NCBI RefSeq assembly: GCF_026210795.1
Contig: NC_089429.1
Coordinates: forward strand, 7,812,001 to 7,876,000
From: Rhizophagus irregularis
Lineage: Eukaryota
DNA: 64,000 nt
Reading direction: 5' to 3'
This document shows positions 24,919 to 38,045 of this stretch, piece by piece. Below the pieces are notes generated by a model. The model saw only the letters and a program-made list of their open reading frames with translations. It was not told the origin of the DNA and searched no databases. Made by a program: the position numbers and the translations under genes. Position 1 is the first letter of the stretch. Every line of letters starts with the position of its first letter.

Positions 24919-25190
24919 CTTTGACACGTCACATAGTATTACGCTATTAGTTACACAACGGCTTAGCAGGCTTTAAAATGTTGGGAAACCTCATGAAAAG
25001 TTATAATAGAGTTTAAAATGTATTATAAACCTAAGTTGGATTATGTAGATACGTAAATGAATTCTCTCACATAAAAGGATTATTGATGCTTAGGCTACAG
25101 GATTAAATCGCGGCTTTGAATAGATGATATCCAAGCATCTAATGTTTTTTGCTGTGCTGTTTGGTGAACGAGCTATACGTCATGCACGTC

Positions 25191-25237
25191 TGAAGGTTAA
25201 TGGCGCAGGCGCAGCGCCACATGCGCCATTGACTTCA
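25191..25237. other. GC-rich hairpin / short inverted repeat
   Basis: TGAAGGTTAATGGCGCA ... TGCGCCATTGACTTCA, with an inner GGCGC/GCGCC stem. Confidence 0.7.
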
Positions 25238-25325
25238 AGGTAAAACAATCACGTGTTAGTGCATACTATAGAATAGGATCGACACATTTTGTTTAAAACT
25301 TATGACATCATAAATTACTAATTAT

Positions 25326-28300
25326 CCTTATACATATTTAGATAACGTTATGTTGAACACCCTTATTTAGTAATTTACAATCTGGATATAAACCAGCCAG
25401 TCTCCTTAAGTTTTGAACCTGGGTACATAGGTTCAAGCCCAGTTGCTCTAGCAATAGCCAGAAATTTACAAAGAAGATATGTTTCGGAAGTTCCTTTAGT
25501 TTAATAATAGTCATCTCCTATTTACAATTTACTTGTACCAATTTTCGTATTTTTATTAAAAGTTGATATTATCTAATTCGATATTTTTTTATTTTTTGAT
25601 ATATAAAAGAGAAAGTATTGAGAAGCAGATTGTGTATTCGAAGCTTAATGCTTCGATTGTTCATCGATAAGAATGTTGATGTGATGAATATCGATGATGA
25701 TAGAAAATAAATGAAGAAATAAACAAATAACATATACGAATTGATATCAATATATTATCACATTGACCAATTCCTAATTCAATACATTATATAATAGTCA
25801 AAAAGTTAGTAACTCTCCCTACAATTAAACAAATCTTTGGATTTATTAGTCGTTATTAATCGAGGGGCTAACGAGAATTATCTTCCATATTTGATATTTG
25901 GGACATTAAAAGAATTAAAATTGTGAAAGAGGAAATAAAGAGGTTTATTAAATGAAGTCGAATATTTTTCTTCATGATTATTTAAAAGGTTAGAGACGGA
26001 AAAGGATGGGTTTCTTTTAATATTTATTAAATTTATCTCGGTGGAATTGGTTTTTTATTATAAAAGATATTAAATTTCCTCTCATAATTTTAATGAGAGG
26101 AAATAGAGATGGAGAAGGATTTTCTTTTAAAATTTATGTCGGTGGAATTGGTTTTTTTATAATAGATATTAAATTTTCCTCTCAGTCAATTTTAATGAGA
26201 GGAAATAGAGACGGAGAAAGATTTTATTTTAACGTTTTTATTAAGATAGGGGTGGTAGTGTTTTTTCATGATTAGCATTTCTTATGATAGTATTTCATGA
26301 ATTTAAATTTATGTCTGGAGGAAATAAAGACGAGGGTTTTCTTCATAGGGTTAGTATCGAAGAGTTGGGTAATCACCAATTTATGTTGGTCAAATGGTGA
26401 AAATATGATGATGAAGTGGTCCTATATGATGTATCGGTAATGGACTGATTGATCAAGATCTGAATTAGAAATTTGAAGACTAGCGTAAGACGCGTGAAAT
26501 AAGTAGGAATAATATTATTATCTATTTTTATTTAATTAAATTTTATAATTATTTTTAGCTTTACAAAAATGGGAATGCATTAGATCCCTGTTATAGGAAG
26601 GCAGAGAGATTGCATATACTACGAACCAAAGTCAACACTGTTTGGTGGTCGATGTAAAATATTTTACAATTGTAGCATCAAAAGTTTTATACTGGCATGT
26701 GAATCTATAGAAAAATGATGTTCCTTTCCGTTTCCAAGTATTTGCTAAATACAAAAGAATGATCCTCTCGTAAGGTAATATATACGAACATGTATTCTTT
26801 AATTATTTTAAAAATAATCGTATATTTTTTATTTTATAGGAGTATCCTTTGTACGATTATGCATCGATAAAGTTGAAAATATATTATGGTTTTCACATTT
26901 TGAATTTTTGATAAGCAAAATTTACAGTATTTATTTCAAAGGGAACTAGTCGCTTGTGACTTTGAGGATTAGGTATAGCTTATTATTAATTAGTGGGTAG
27001 AATTTAACCATTATAGTTCTATCGGTACGAAAATGTTTTAGAATTACGAGATTGGTATAATGAGCGTCGGACTAGATGGAATTGATGAAGCATGAAATTT
27101 ACAAATTTGATCACTTTGTAGTAGACTTACAGTATCAATCAAATTATTTTACGATTAGATCAAATCGTCAAAATATCAATTATATTATTTTATTGTGTGA
27201 AAAGACCGTGAACCACTACATCGTGATAATAAATTTTTTACTGACTTGTAAATAATGAATGCATCTGCATCGCGTGAAACTTATATGTTAAACTATAACT
27301 AAAATTTCATAATAAATTTTTATTTATACGATAAAATTAGGAAAAATGGATTAAATAAAATATATTATACAATTTAATTTAAATAATGAAAATTGTAATA
27401 ATTTTCGAGGTAACGTTAAAAAACATAAAACATATGAAGGAATATTAGATCTGCATTCTACAATGGTAGCAACTGGTGCAGCTCCATTAGATGTACAGAT
27501 GTACTTGAAGAATAAATATCACCAATTGTTTTTTTAGGACGGGAAATGTATGCTGAAAAATGTTTATATAAATATACAAGACATTTATTAATAAATTAAG
27601 ATGATATATTTATTTAAGAAAAGACGAGTATATGACTTACTAAGAGATCTTTAAGATTCGCGAGGAAGTACAAGATATGCCAAAAAACGAAGCACGAATT
27701 AATATCAATATGTACCGATAAATTATGAATAATAATCAGATGAGCATTTAAACATCTCTACTTATTCATCCCGTTCAATCTCGACCTATCTAACTCAAGT
27801 ACGATACAACTGCCAGTCCGAATACCGCCCTTATCATACGCCATCAAGATAAGTATTTCTTTCTTGTACCTCATTTGCATGTTCTTTACTTGAAGCTTTA
27901 TCGTTGGAAAAAACCAGTAATTGTTATTTTTGTTGCTACTTTGATAACCGACTTCAATTATTTGTTTTTTGCTCGAATTTCACTATCTTCGCCTTTAACC
28001 CGATAGCTCCTAAAGCCCTAGCATTAAAGCTCATCACTTGTGTCCTTCAGTATTTGTAATAAGATGAACAGAAGATATTTTTTTGATTCTAGAGTAATTG
28101 GACTAGCTTATTTAAATAGCCCTACTTTGAAATTAGGTAAACCATTTCTTCAACTTTCACATGATCACCACAGAGTTATCTTGATATTTATTATATTCCT
28201 TCCCATTACTTTTTCGTCGTACGTTTCTTTTTCTTGAAAGACGAAAGCGACTCCGATTTAAAATCGTCTCATCATTAATCTCTTTTTTTGAACGTTTTCT

Positions 28301-29559
28301 GGTTATTGCTTGGTAAACACCCGGGTTTCTTCAAGATGATGTTTCATCATCAATTTCAATCGGATAAAATCATCATTCTTATTTACATCAAATTTGTATC
28401 AGAGAGCTTACGCTATTTCTTGGTTGTTAATATTGGCCGTGTTGATTAACATGTGATTTTGAAGTAGAGTTTTCTTAGTTTTGAAGACCAAGTTCGTTGT
28501 CTAAATTGGAATTATTAGTAGAATTATGAATTTGTTGATTCATAATTATGAAAAGATTGATTTATTTATAACTTACATCATTTTCTTGAATAATCTGCCA
28601 CCTAAAGCCGTCTTTTCATACATGAAAAGTATCATAATAATGTTTCCGCATCTGCTAAAGCAACTGACTAGCTTGAACAAAAAGCACCAACTAAAAAATT
28701 ACGGCACTAAAAATAATTACATATAAAAACCCCCTTTTTTATTAGACTTTACATAATATATAAATTATAAAAATACGAATATACCCTATTTTAAAGGTGG
28801 AAAACAAATATTGCGGAGAAACAACACTTATAAATTCTAAAAATATGGATATATCCTATTTTAAAGGTGGAAAACAAAAAGGCGCGAAGAAAAAATCACG
28901 TTATCAGATTAGCGCGTGTACTCTTATTCTTATCAATTTGGATTTGCCTTTTGTGTCACCAACTTGAATGGTTATCATAGAATTTGATCTGACATCATCT
29001 GTTAATTTCACCAATTTCATTTCAATACAAAAATAACTTAATGTTACATTTTTATAAATAAATTGGTTCATTAGCATATGTTTAGGATCCTAAACATACT
29101 AGGAAGACAATAAGAAGTGCCGTGACCGGTCTTTGTTTCTTAACATTTGGCTTAATCTCTAGTTTTCTTTAACTATCACCGCCAAGATTTAAAAAATAGA
29201 TTGTTATGTTGTTGCAGCATTTATTTTTCGACTTAAAATCATATTAAATAATGCAGCTAAGGACTTTTTATTTATTTGGTAATTATTTCATTATTTAAAT
29301 TATTTAATTAACAATTAAATACATTTAAGTATTTAATAAAACTATTACTTATTGTGATTCATCAGAAAATATTCTGAGATTTTCGGGTTGGTGGAGTTGG
29401 TGGTATAGGTGTGATGTTTTGCACATAGCCTTTGCGGCTTCATGGCACAAAATCTAACACTTTTGTGGAACGACCGGACAAAACAAATCCAGATTCTGAC
29501 TCGCTAAAATCATCTAAAATGCTTTACAAAATTAAGAAGTAAACAATTAGTAATTGAGA
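25326..29559 (+). repeat. ~4.2 kb diverged repeat, copy A (inverted copy at 57472-62057); decayed gene/TE-like content
   Basis: Colinear with the reverse complement of 57472-62057, with many substitutions and indels; e.g. ORFs 28040-28237 and 58715-59077 translate to near-identical peptides. No intact long ORF. Confidence 0.9.
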
Positions 29560-29935
29560 TCCCACTTTCCCTTTTTCATCCTTCACCTTTTCCCCTATTT
29601 TCATTTTTTTTTCGTCTTCCCCTTTTCCCCTCTCTTTTGTTTTTCCCTTTTAAATTAATTTCATTTATTAAGGTCCATTTCTTTCATAATCCACTTTCTT
29701 TAATTGTTCACCACTTATCATGTATAATTTAATCTATAACAATTAAAAACAAACAAAAAATAAATTTTTTCTCTTTAATATTTTTTATTCGTTCTAAATA
29801 ATAAATGATTAATTTTGTCCTGTGATTGCATCTCGAAAATACATTTAAGAAAATGGTTAATCATTTCAAAGTTATGCAATTGAAGACTCCCGAGTTCTTT
29901 ATTTAAATTTCATTTCTCGTATATAATATGGATTA

Positions 29936-30164
29936 TATATTAACATCACATTCAATTTAATAAATAATATTGTAAATTTTGCCCAAAAAATTGATCGGGA
30001 ATCACACGTAAAAATTTAAAAATTTAAAATAGATTTTCATTATTTTGAAGCATATATTAACATCACATTCAATATAAATAATATTGTAAATTTTTGCCCA
30101 AAAAATTGATCGGGAATCACACAAAAATTTAAAAATTTAAAATAGATGTTCATTATTTGAAGCA
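29936..30164. repeat. Tandem duplication of ~116 bp
   Basis: TATTAACATCACATTCAAT...GCCCAAAAAATTGATCGGGAATCACAC...TTTGAAGCA occurs twice. Confidence 0.9.
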
Positions 30165-32491
30165 ATTACATCACACGGATCTACATACAATCAAGTGGAA
30201 TATATAAAAAACTGATCAGTAATGTGATATTTTAATGATTGGATAAAGATGATTGGATAAAGAATGTGTCACAAATTTCATACTTTACTACTCAAATAAA
30301 ATAGCATATTATTGTAATTATTGTAAATTAATTTAATTCAGGTATAAGCGGATTAGATCTTTTATTTGAAAATATTGTTATGAGAAACATAAATTATTTC
30401 CGCTCTAAAAAAATAATATATATTACAGTATATATATATATATATTTGAATATATTTCAATAAAATAAATTTCCCTAAATGTTAATTCTTGAATATACTA
30501 TATACTGTGATAAATGGTCACATCACCGTCGCGTCTTGATAATATGATTTTGTCTTAATAATATTATTTAACTCATCATTATTTTTTTTCTCCTAAACAT
30601 AAGGGGCAAATCATTGAAATAAAAATCAATAAAACCAAAAAAAGAAAATATGACTGCCAAAAGAGGGACATAATAGCAATCGCAGAATCGCAGATCATCA
30701 TTGATAAAGGAGTATTTTATGCAATTCTTCCGTCAAAAGGAACAAAAATGAAAAAAAATGAATAGCGATTTAAGGATTATTTACATGCATGAGAATGTTT
30801 TTCGCATGATTTCTAACGAATAGAAAAGTGTCATGAGAACTTTAAAAAATCGGATTTATTTGATTCCATCAAGGTTTTAAAATGAACAACTATAAATGAT
30901 TACATTTAAGAAGAACCTAATGCACATTGGCGTTTCAGAAATGGTCATCTGGCATCTTTTGTTTAAAAAAAAAAAATAAATATTTCTTTTTTTTTTAGTT
31001 TAAATAAAATAATTATCAAAGTAAAAAGTATTTTATTTCTTTTAAAAAAAATAAAATTAGAAAAAAATAAAGAAAATATCAAAAAAAAAAAAAATTAATT
31101 CTTGAAAAATATTTTTTATAAAATTTTTGTATAGTATTTGTATAGTATATGCTATGAAAATTTTCTTTTTTTTTACCGTCGTATTATGTGTCGTATTATG
31201 TGGAATTTTAAAATTTTAAACCAGCTGATAGATGTGCATGTAGTATAATACTGTGCTACGTATATTTTTCGATAAGCCTAATTTGGTATATTCTATCTAA
31301 ACCTAATATAATAGGACCGCCAGAGATCACAAAATTTTGTGTTTCGATAAATGCATATATGATTTTTTTGACGAATAAAATTCATTTGATGCACCTTTGA
31401 TGCACCAATTATTAGTTTATTATCATTTATTATTATCATTATTTTCTTAGCTTGTTTTCCTTAAAAAAAAAATAATGAATATATTTATTATATATTTATT
31501 ATGTTATTATTCATTTTCTCAATATTATATTTATAATTACTATTTGTAACAGAAAAATATTTTAAGAAAAATAATTCCATTTAGGGTTAATTCAGAGAAA
31601 TGATTAGGAATTAATAAACAAAACCAAAAAAAAAAAATTGTGTTAGTTCACAAAATTTGTTATTTAATACCACATTTTTTGGCGTACTTAGGCCTTCATG
31701 TTCTATTAATAAATAAAATACTTATTTAGGCCGGACAAATAAATTTTTTAGATGATGCGGACGCAAAAATTGACGCGGGCCAGTTACGAGAATCTAGATA
31801 TTTCATTTACTCGGCCTTATATTTCTCTCATTTCTCATTTAAAAACCCTTAAATTTCAACTTCACAATGTCAAGCAAAACGATCATTGCCGACAACATCG
31901 TATTTACTTTCTAAAACGTCGACGAGTTTATAAAAGAAAAAGATACAAAATCAATAAACCATCTTTCGGAGACTACACTACTGTACTACTGCTATCATAT
32001 TAGCCAAATATTTGAATAAATAAATGAATTTATGGAGAAACAACAAAATGAGTTGTAGGTGTCTATCCATTTGTTTTTAAATAATTGCAAATATAATAAT
32101 ATATTATCAATGTATATTAATTTTAAATTTGATCTTAAAAGATACAAGAACGAATTCATTATAATTTTTTTTTTTTTCAAGGTTTTGTTCAAGTAATTCT
32201 TCGATGATGCAGGAAAAAATGCGTCGGATTCCGAAATTAAGGGATTTTTTTAAAAAAAATCTGGCAAATATACATAAAATTAGTATTCGTGAATTGAAAA
32301 ATTTTATAACATTTTAAAATATTTATGTATATATATAATTTTTTTTAAAAATATTAAGTTTTATTATATGTATCTACATTTTAGTTTTAAGTAAGTAAAC
32401 TTTAATAAAATTATTTTTTGAAATTTTAAAGATAAATATATAAGTCAGATAACAAACAATGAATTATTAATTAATCTCATCAAGAAAATAA

Positions 32492-33046
32492 TTAAATATA
32501 AATATGAATTTTCTGTTCCACAGATTTTTTCAATGAAAAATAAAATTCTTGACATATAAATACTAATTTTCTCAATCGTTCATTCTTAATATTTATCGCT
32601 TGAAGCTTTTCATATGTTTCCAAAATACGTTCATAATTTATCGGCGGAGCTAATCAAAAACGTAAAATAAAAGATGGGTTAGAATTAATTTTTTTAAAAG
32701 AAAATATTAAAGAGGTCTGTTTTACTTACCTTCTTCGTCAAGGTATTTTTTATAACTAAGGTTTAAAATTGTCAAAAAAATATTAAAGTTTTGCCCTAAA
32801 AGAAAGAAAAAGAATATGCACAAATATTTTGTTACTTACTGGTTTTCAATTTGTTTTGGTGTGTATTGCGGCAATATCTTGCTAATCCTTATAAAACAAT
32901 CATCCAAATGTCCATACATTCTTACGGAATGTCTGATACGATTGTTTTCCTACAAGAGAAACATGTCTCGTTAAAAATATTTGATATTTTTTTTGAAAAA
33001 AAACAATAATAATATTTACTTCAAGACCGAATTTGCACATTTTCAT
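32492..33046 (-). CDS. Small single-repeat Myb/SANT-like protein (106 aa, 4 exons)
   Basis: Exons 33046-33020, 32949-32840, 32755-32730, 32649-32492 with GT-AG introns give an open 321-nt frame: MKMCKFGLEENNRIRHSVRMYGHLDDCFIRISKILPQYTPKQIENHYKKYLDEE..., fitting a Myb repeat pattern (F..EE...I...V..YG....I...LP..T.KQI..HY...L). Confidence 0.8.
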
Positions 33047-33280
33047 TTCTTGTTGATTATTATGATTATTAATAAATTATTTTCAAAAATGATAAAAAAA
33101 TTTGAAATTTTCCTTGTCAAAAAAATGCGGTTTATATAAGGAAGGATTCAAAATAAAAAACAATAATAAGGATCAATCCAAATACAAGATAATATAAAAA
33201 AATAATAATTGAGATCAATATTACACGACAATGTTTGTTATCGCTTTAGCTTTAATATCTCTTTGTGTCGTTGCCTTTTT

Positions 33281-34210
33281 TACATTATTATCCGCATAGT
33301 ACTACTTCAATCATTGCATATGATCGTATAATCGCACATATTGCATTGCCCCTTATATTATTGAAATCATAATATCAATGACCGACCTAATCCATTTTTA
33401 GGATACTTAAATCCAATCCATCATTGTCGAATCTGAAAAAATAAAAACAATGTATACCTTTACTGTCTACTTTAGTCTATTTTAAGACGCTTCATTCAAT
33501 CCAATGGTCAATATGTGGTCAACATGTATCTTTGGTAGATCATCAAATAATATTACTATCTGATCTAGTCTATTTTGCTTAGCCCCAATCCAATCCCATT
33601 TTCGAATCTGGAGAAAATAAGTACAATGATGGATCATACCGTCTATTTTAAATATCGATAAATAAATCTACAGTAGTCAATGTGTATCTTTTTTATATTA
33701 TTATCCGCATAGTACTACTTCAATCATTACATATGATGATATGATCGTATTATCGCACATATTGCATTGCCCCTTATATTATTAAAATCATTATATCAAT
33801 GATCGATAATAATTAAAATTAAAATCCCTGATGATTTCATTCATCAATCCATCAAATAATATTATCTAACCTAGTCCATTTTTAGGATGCTTAAATCCAA
33901 TCCAATTCCATTGTCGAATCTGAAAAAAAAATAAAAACAATGTATACCTTTACTGTTCACTTTAAAATTTCGATAAATAAATCTAGTTTATTTTAGGATG
34001 CTTCATTTAATCCAATGGTTCATCAAATAATATTACTACCCGACCTATTCTATTTTAGAATACTTAGCCCAATCCAATCCCTGGAGAAAAAAAGAACAAT
34101 GTGGATCATAAAAGAATTACCGTCTATTTTAATTTAAATTTCGATAAATAACTCTAGTCTATTTTTAGAATGCTTCAATCCAATCTGTGGATAAAATATG
34201 TATCTTTGGT
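33281..34210. repeat. Complex tandem duplication (~410 bp period with internal subrepeats) upstream of the Myb-like gene
   Basis: ATTATTATCCGCATAGTACTACTTCAATCATT at ~33284 and ~33697; recurrent CTAGTC(C/T)ATTTT..GAT.CTT..ATCCAAT subunits. Confidence 0.85.
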
Positions 34211-36499
34211 AAATCATGAAGAAATACTTTATATTTTTAATCTCAATATATGTTTTATTTTAAATATATGTGGACAAATAAGAAATAAATAAAATTTTCT
34301 TTAAGACGGTTCGCCAAAAAAAAAGAAAAAAAAATTTAGTGGAAGTTTATACTATAAAAAATTTTATTAGCAGCTTTGCCACGCATTATTAATTGATCTG
34401 TGTTTTATATTCTATCATAACTTTAAATTTAAATATGATTTATAATATCTGATATGTGTTACATATTTGACGGGCGTCAGGTAGATCTGTCAGCGGTACA
34501 TCGAATTATCAAATTTTAAAAATTTTAGAAACCCGATCACGTGCCCGTAGGTGATCTTATAGCGCCGGCAAAACCCGTGACATAATTTCATAATTTTTAG
34601 TTCGTAATTTTGGCCAAAACACGTAATGTCGTGTTTCCTTTTTCGCTTTTGAACGTGTATGTTAAAAACTTCTAAATAGAGTTAAATAAAAAATGCAAAA
34701 AACCAATAAAGCATATTGAATTAAACTTATTATGGTAATGAAATTCTGTAAAAGGAATAATGAATAAGATCAATAAAACCTTTTTTATGTCGTTATTATA
34801 ATATTTATTTTTAAATTTTTTAAATCAAATTATGTAACAATTAATTTAAATATATAAATAATATGTGAAACATGATAAGAAATATTTTAAATGATTTGTA
34901 ATAGTTTATATAATGAATTTATAAGCATGCACAAAATATGTCATGAGAACTTTATTGTTAATGTGATTCTATGATTCTAAAAGATTCCGATTAATAATTT
35001 ATTCTTTAAAAATATAAAAAATCATGTTATATTTTTGAAACAATCAAATGCATATTGGCGTTTGAATTGGTCATCTGTCATCTTATATTTAGATTTATTT
35101 TTTAAAAAAAAAAAATAAAATAAAATAAATCAACCTAACCAAAATAAAGTATCTTATCAAAGATAATGGTCAATGCTGAATAATTTCTCACAAAAAATGG
35201 GGCGATACTTTTTTCTCAAATAATTTTTTTTTTTAATATTTTATATCTTGAAATTTTAAAAAATTTCTTTTACTATTAAAAAATTACGTATTACTGTTGC
35301 AATCACGTGTCAGTCGTGTCACCTGACAATCAACTGATTTTCGCCTTTATACCGTATTGACGTGCAAATCAGAGATTTTGTATAGTTATATTAAATAGAC
35401 AAAACAAAAGAAATATTAGTTTCGCGTCTCTAGCGTTGATAGATGGAATTTTATTTGCAATTTATGATAATTTTGGCTAATAAATATCTTAAAAAGAAAT
35501 CTTCTAATAGATGTCATAAAACCTTTATTTCTCATATTGATCTCAAGTACTTCGCGAACCCAATGATACAAAAATAGGAATTGCTAAAGATCAAAATTGG
35601 ATAAAGGATACTTTACACAGTAAGTCCACAAATATCGAAGAAAATTCCTTAATAAAATGTAAAATTTACACATGATTTGATAAGAGATCCGAAATCCAAC
35701 ATGCGAGATATCGGTCGGTACACTATTATAAAGAGAGAAAAGTATCGCATGTTACAATTGTTACATCGCGAAATTATATATAAATGAGATCAAGTGAAAT
35801 ACATACAATTATCGGTACGTATATTTTTATTCTCGATAGTCAAACAATGATCTGGATTGCGTTTTTATGATTAAACGAACGCTATATGTGCTAATTAGTT
35901 ATTCTAATAAAGATTTTGAAGTTTGCGCAGAATATTTCATATATAAAAAGGTTCTATATAATAAATTTTTAGCCTTTGTTAATAATTATATGATTTTGTG
36001 GATTCAAACCAGAGTCACGTTGTTACAGAACGAAAACTATCCGTTAGCTGCGCATTCTTACTACGTCTTTCAGATTATTTTCGTTCACGTAGGAATGCTC
36101 CTTTGATTTATTGGGAGGATAATTATACTAGAAAAATTCTAGAAAAATTTGATATTGAGAACCATACTGTAAATTTACCAATCAAAAAAAAAAAATTTTT
36201 TTTATCACTTTTTAATTTTTAAAATACGTTAACATATTTATTATTCATAGTTTTTATAGTTTAATATTCTTAATTTATGATCTTAAATATCTTAATTAAC
36301 ATAACATATCATTAAAAATTAATAATATAAAAATACAAATTAGAAGAATGACAAATATTTGTTTCTTTCTAAAAAAAACTCACGTAATGTAAAATCACAT
36401 GATTTATATAAACTTTGTTATATAATTTTTTAACCTTTTTTTTACTCGGCTATTCTTTTTGATTTTTTTATTTGTCCATTTTTGTTGCTTTTTTTTTCT

Positions 36500-37280
36500 T
36501 TGTTGTTTTATTTTTTATTATATGGTTATTTTTTTGCAAGTAATTTGCACAACTTCTACTGTCACAAAATGATTCCCTAGCATGAGAATCTACGGTTGAT
36601 TGTAGATATGATAGAGTGGTTGCAAATGAACTTTATTGTTATGGTATAAAATTTTTGTCATTGCCTATGACACTTTTACCATCAAATCCTGAGGAAGTGG
36701 GTAGAAGTTTAATTTAATAAAATTGCAAATGGGTTTGATTAATTTTAGATAAAATTAAAGGTGATATATTTATTACCTACTATACTGATACTGATCCACT
36801 GTTTGTATGGACATTGATCCTGGTAGATACAGGACACGCCATAAAGCATAGAGAACATCCACATATCTTAATTCCTAAAAGTAAAAGTAAATATTTGTAT
36901 AAATATAAAATATGATTAACCTGATTAACATAAAATATTTACCTGCTTCATCACAATCGATCATTGAAATTACTTCACTTCACTTGGTGTCTTCATTCGA
37001 CAAAAAATTAATCATGTGATCAATTGTAAGAAGCGGTAAGACTATGAAGTGGATGTCTAAAAAAAAAAAGAAAAAAAATTAAACGAATGTAAAAAAAAGA
37101 AAGAAGTTCAGCAAAGAAAAAATTAAAAGTTATTTCTTTGCAAACCTTTCTCTACGCTGGATCCTTATGAAACCTCTCATATAAAATGTTTGATATGAAT
37201 ATGGTTTGTAGGATGATTAAATTCTTTCTGTTTATTGCGGTGTTTCTCCTAACTTTTAGGAATTTTGTGACCTCATTTTT
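36500..37280 (-). pseudogene. Decayed multi-exon gene, possibly Crinkler(CRN)-like N-terminus
   Basis: GT-AG bounded exon-like blocks with in-frame stops; the peptide DIHFIVLP (~37057-37034) resembles the HVLVxxP/IHIIVxPP signature that ends CRN N-terminal domains. Confidence 0.3.
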
Positions 37281-37926
37281 ATAATATTAATAATGAAGTG
37301 TATAATAAGTGTGTTATATGGCTTATTAATCATTACATTATAAACCTTTTGGTATTTCAATTAAACTTTAAAGAAATCATATCGACCTAAAAGAAACCTT
37401 CTTCATATCACAAATAAAAATTTAACACATTCAAGAAAATTTAAATTTGAATTATTTGTATCCTTTGCAGCTAGATATCGGGTCTCCCTTAATATTATTT
37501 TATCACAATATTTAGGAAATTCTTTACATTTTGCACGAGTGTGCACAAAAGAAGCTTATCGGCTATCTTCCAGACTTTTTTTTTTCAAAAAAAAAAAAGG
37601 ATTTTGAAAGGAGAAAAGAAGTGGAAAAAGGAATAGTGTGCCGACTTAACTGGAGTTAAATAATAAACGGTTTTGTCATTTAGTGTTTTAGTTTCAATAG
37701 GGTTTAATAATAGTTTAATAATAGTTTATTACTAAGATTCATGTAAAAGATAAAAATTCACATTATTTTAATTTTACATTTTAAACATTACAGCATATTA
37801 AAAGTTAAGTCGGCATCACTATTTAAAAGTTTCTATACGTATAAGATACGATATCAAAAAGTAAAGATGAAAATTTTTAATTTTTAAATTTTTGCATATA
37901 TATATATTATATGCAGTTATATATAT

Positions 37927-38045
37927 ATAGTCAACCCCCTATATAGTCACCCCTGTATAATCACGTCATATAAAATAAGCACACCATATTTTGGCCCAAT
38001 GTACTAATAAACATATTGGAAAACCCTCACACCATAGTCACACCA
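37927..38045 (+). mobile_element. Solo pogo/Tigger-like terminal sequence
   Basis: TATAGTCAACCCCCTATATAGTCACCCC next to a TA run, with repeated ATAGTCAC/CACACCATA motifs. No partner TIR identified. Confidence 0.4.

Larger units (their letters stand above)
20512..25180. repeat. Tandem segmental duplication, unit B (with TE insertion and truncated gene)
   Basis: Colinear with 15993-20310, with an extra ~1.2 kb at ~21810-23010. Confidence 0.9.

Noticed and set aside
25412..25450. tRNA or tRNA-derived SINE (B-box-like GGTTCAAGCCC)
   Set aside because: No A-box or cloverleaf could be built.
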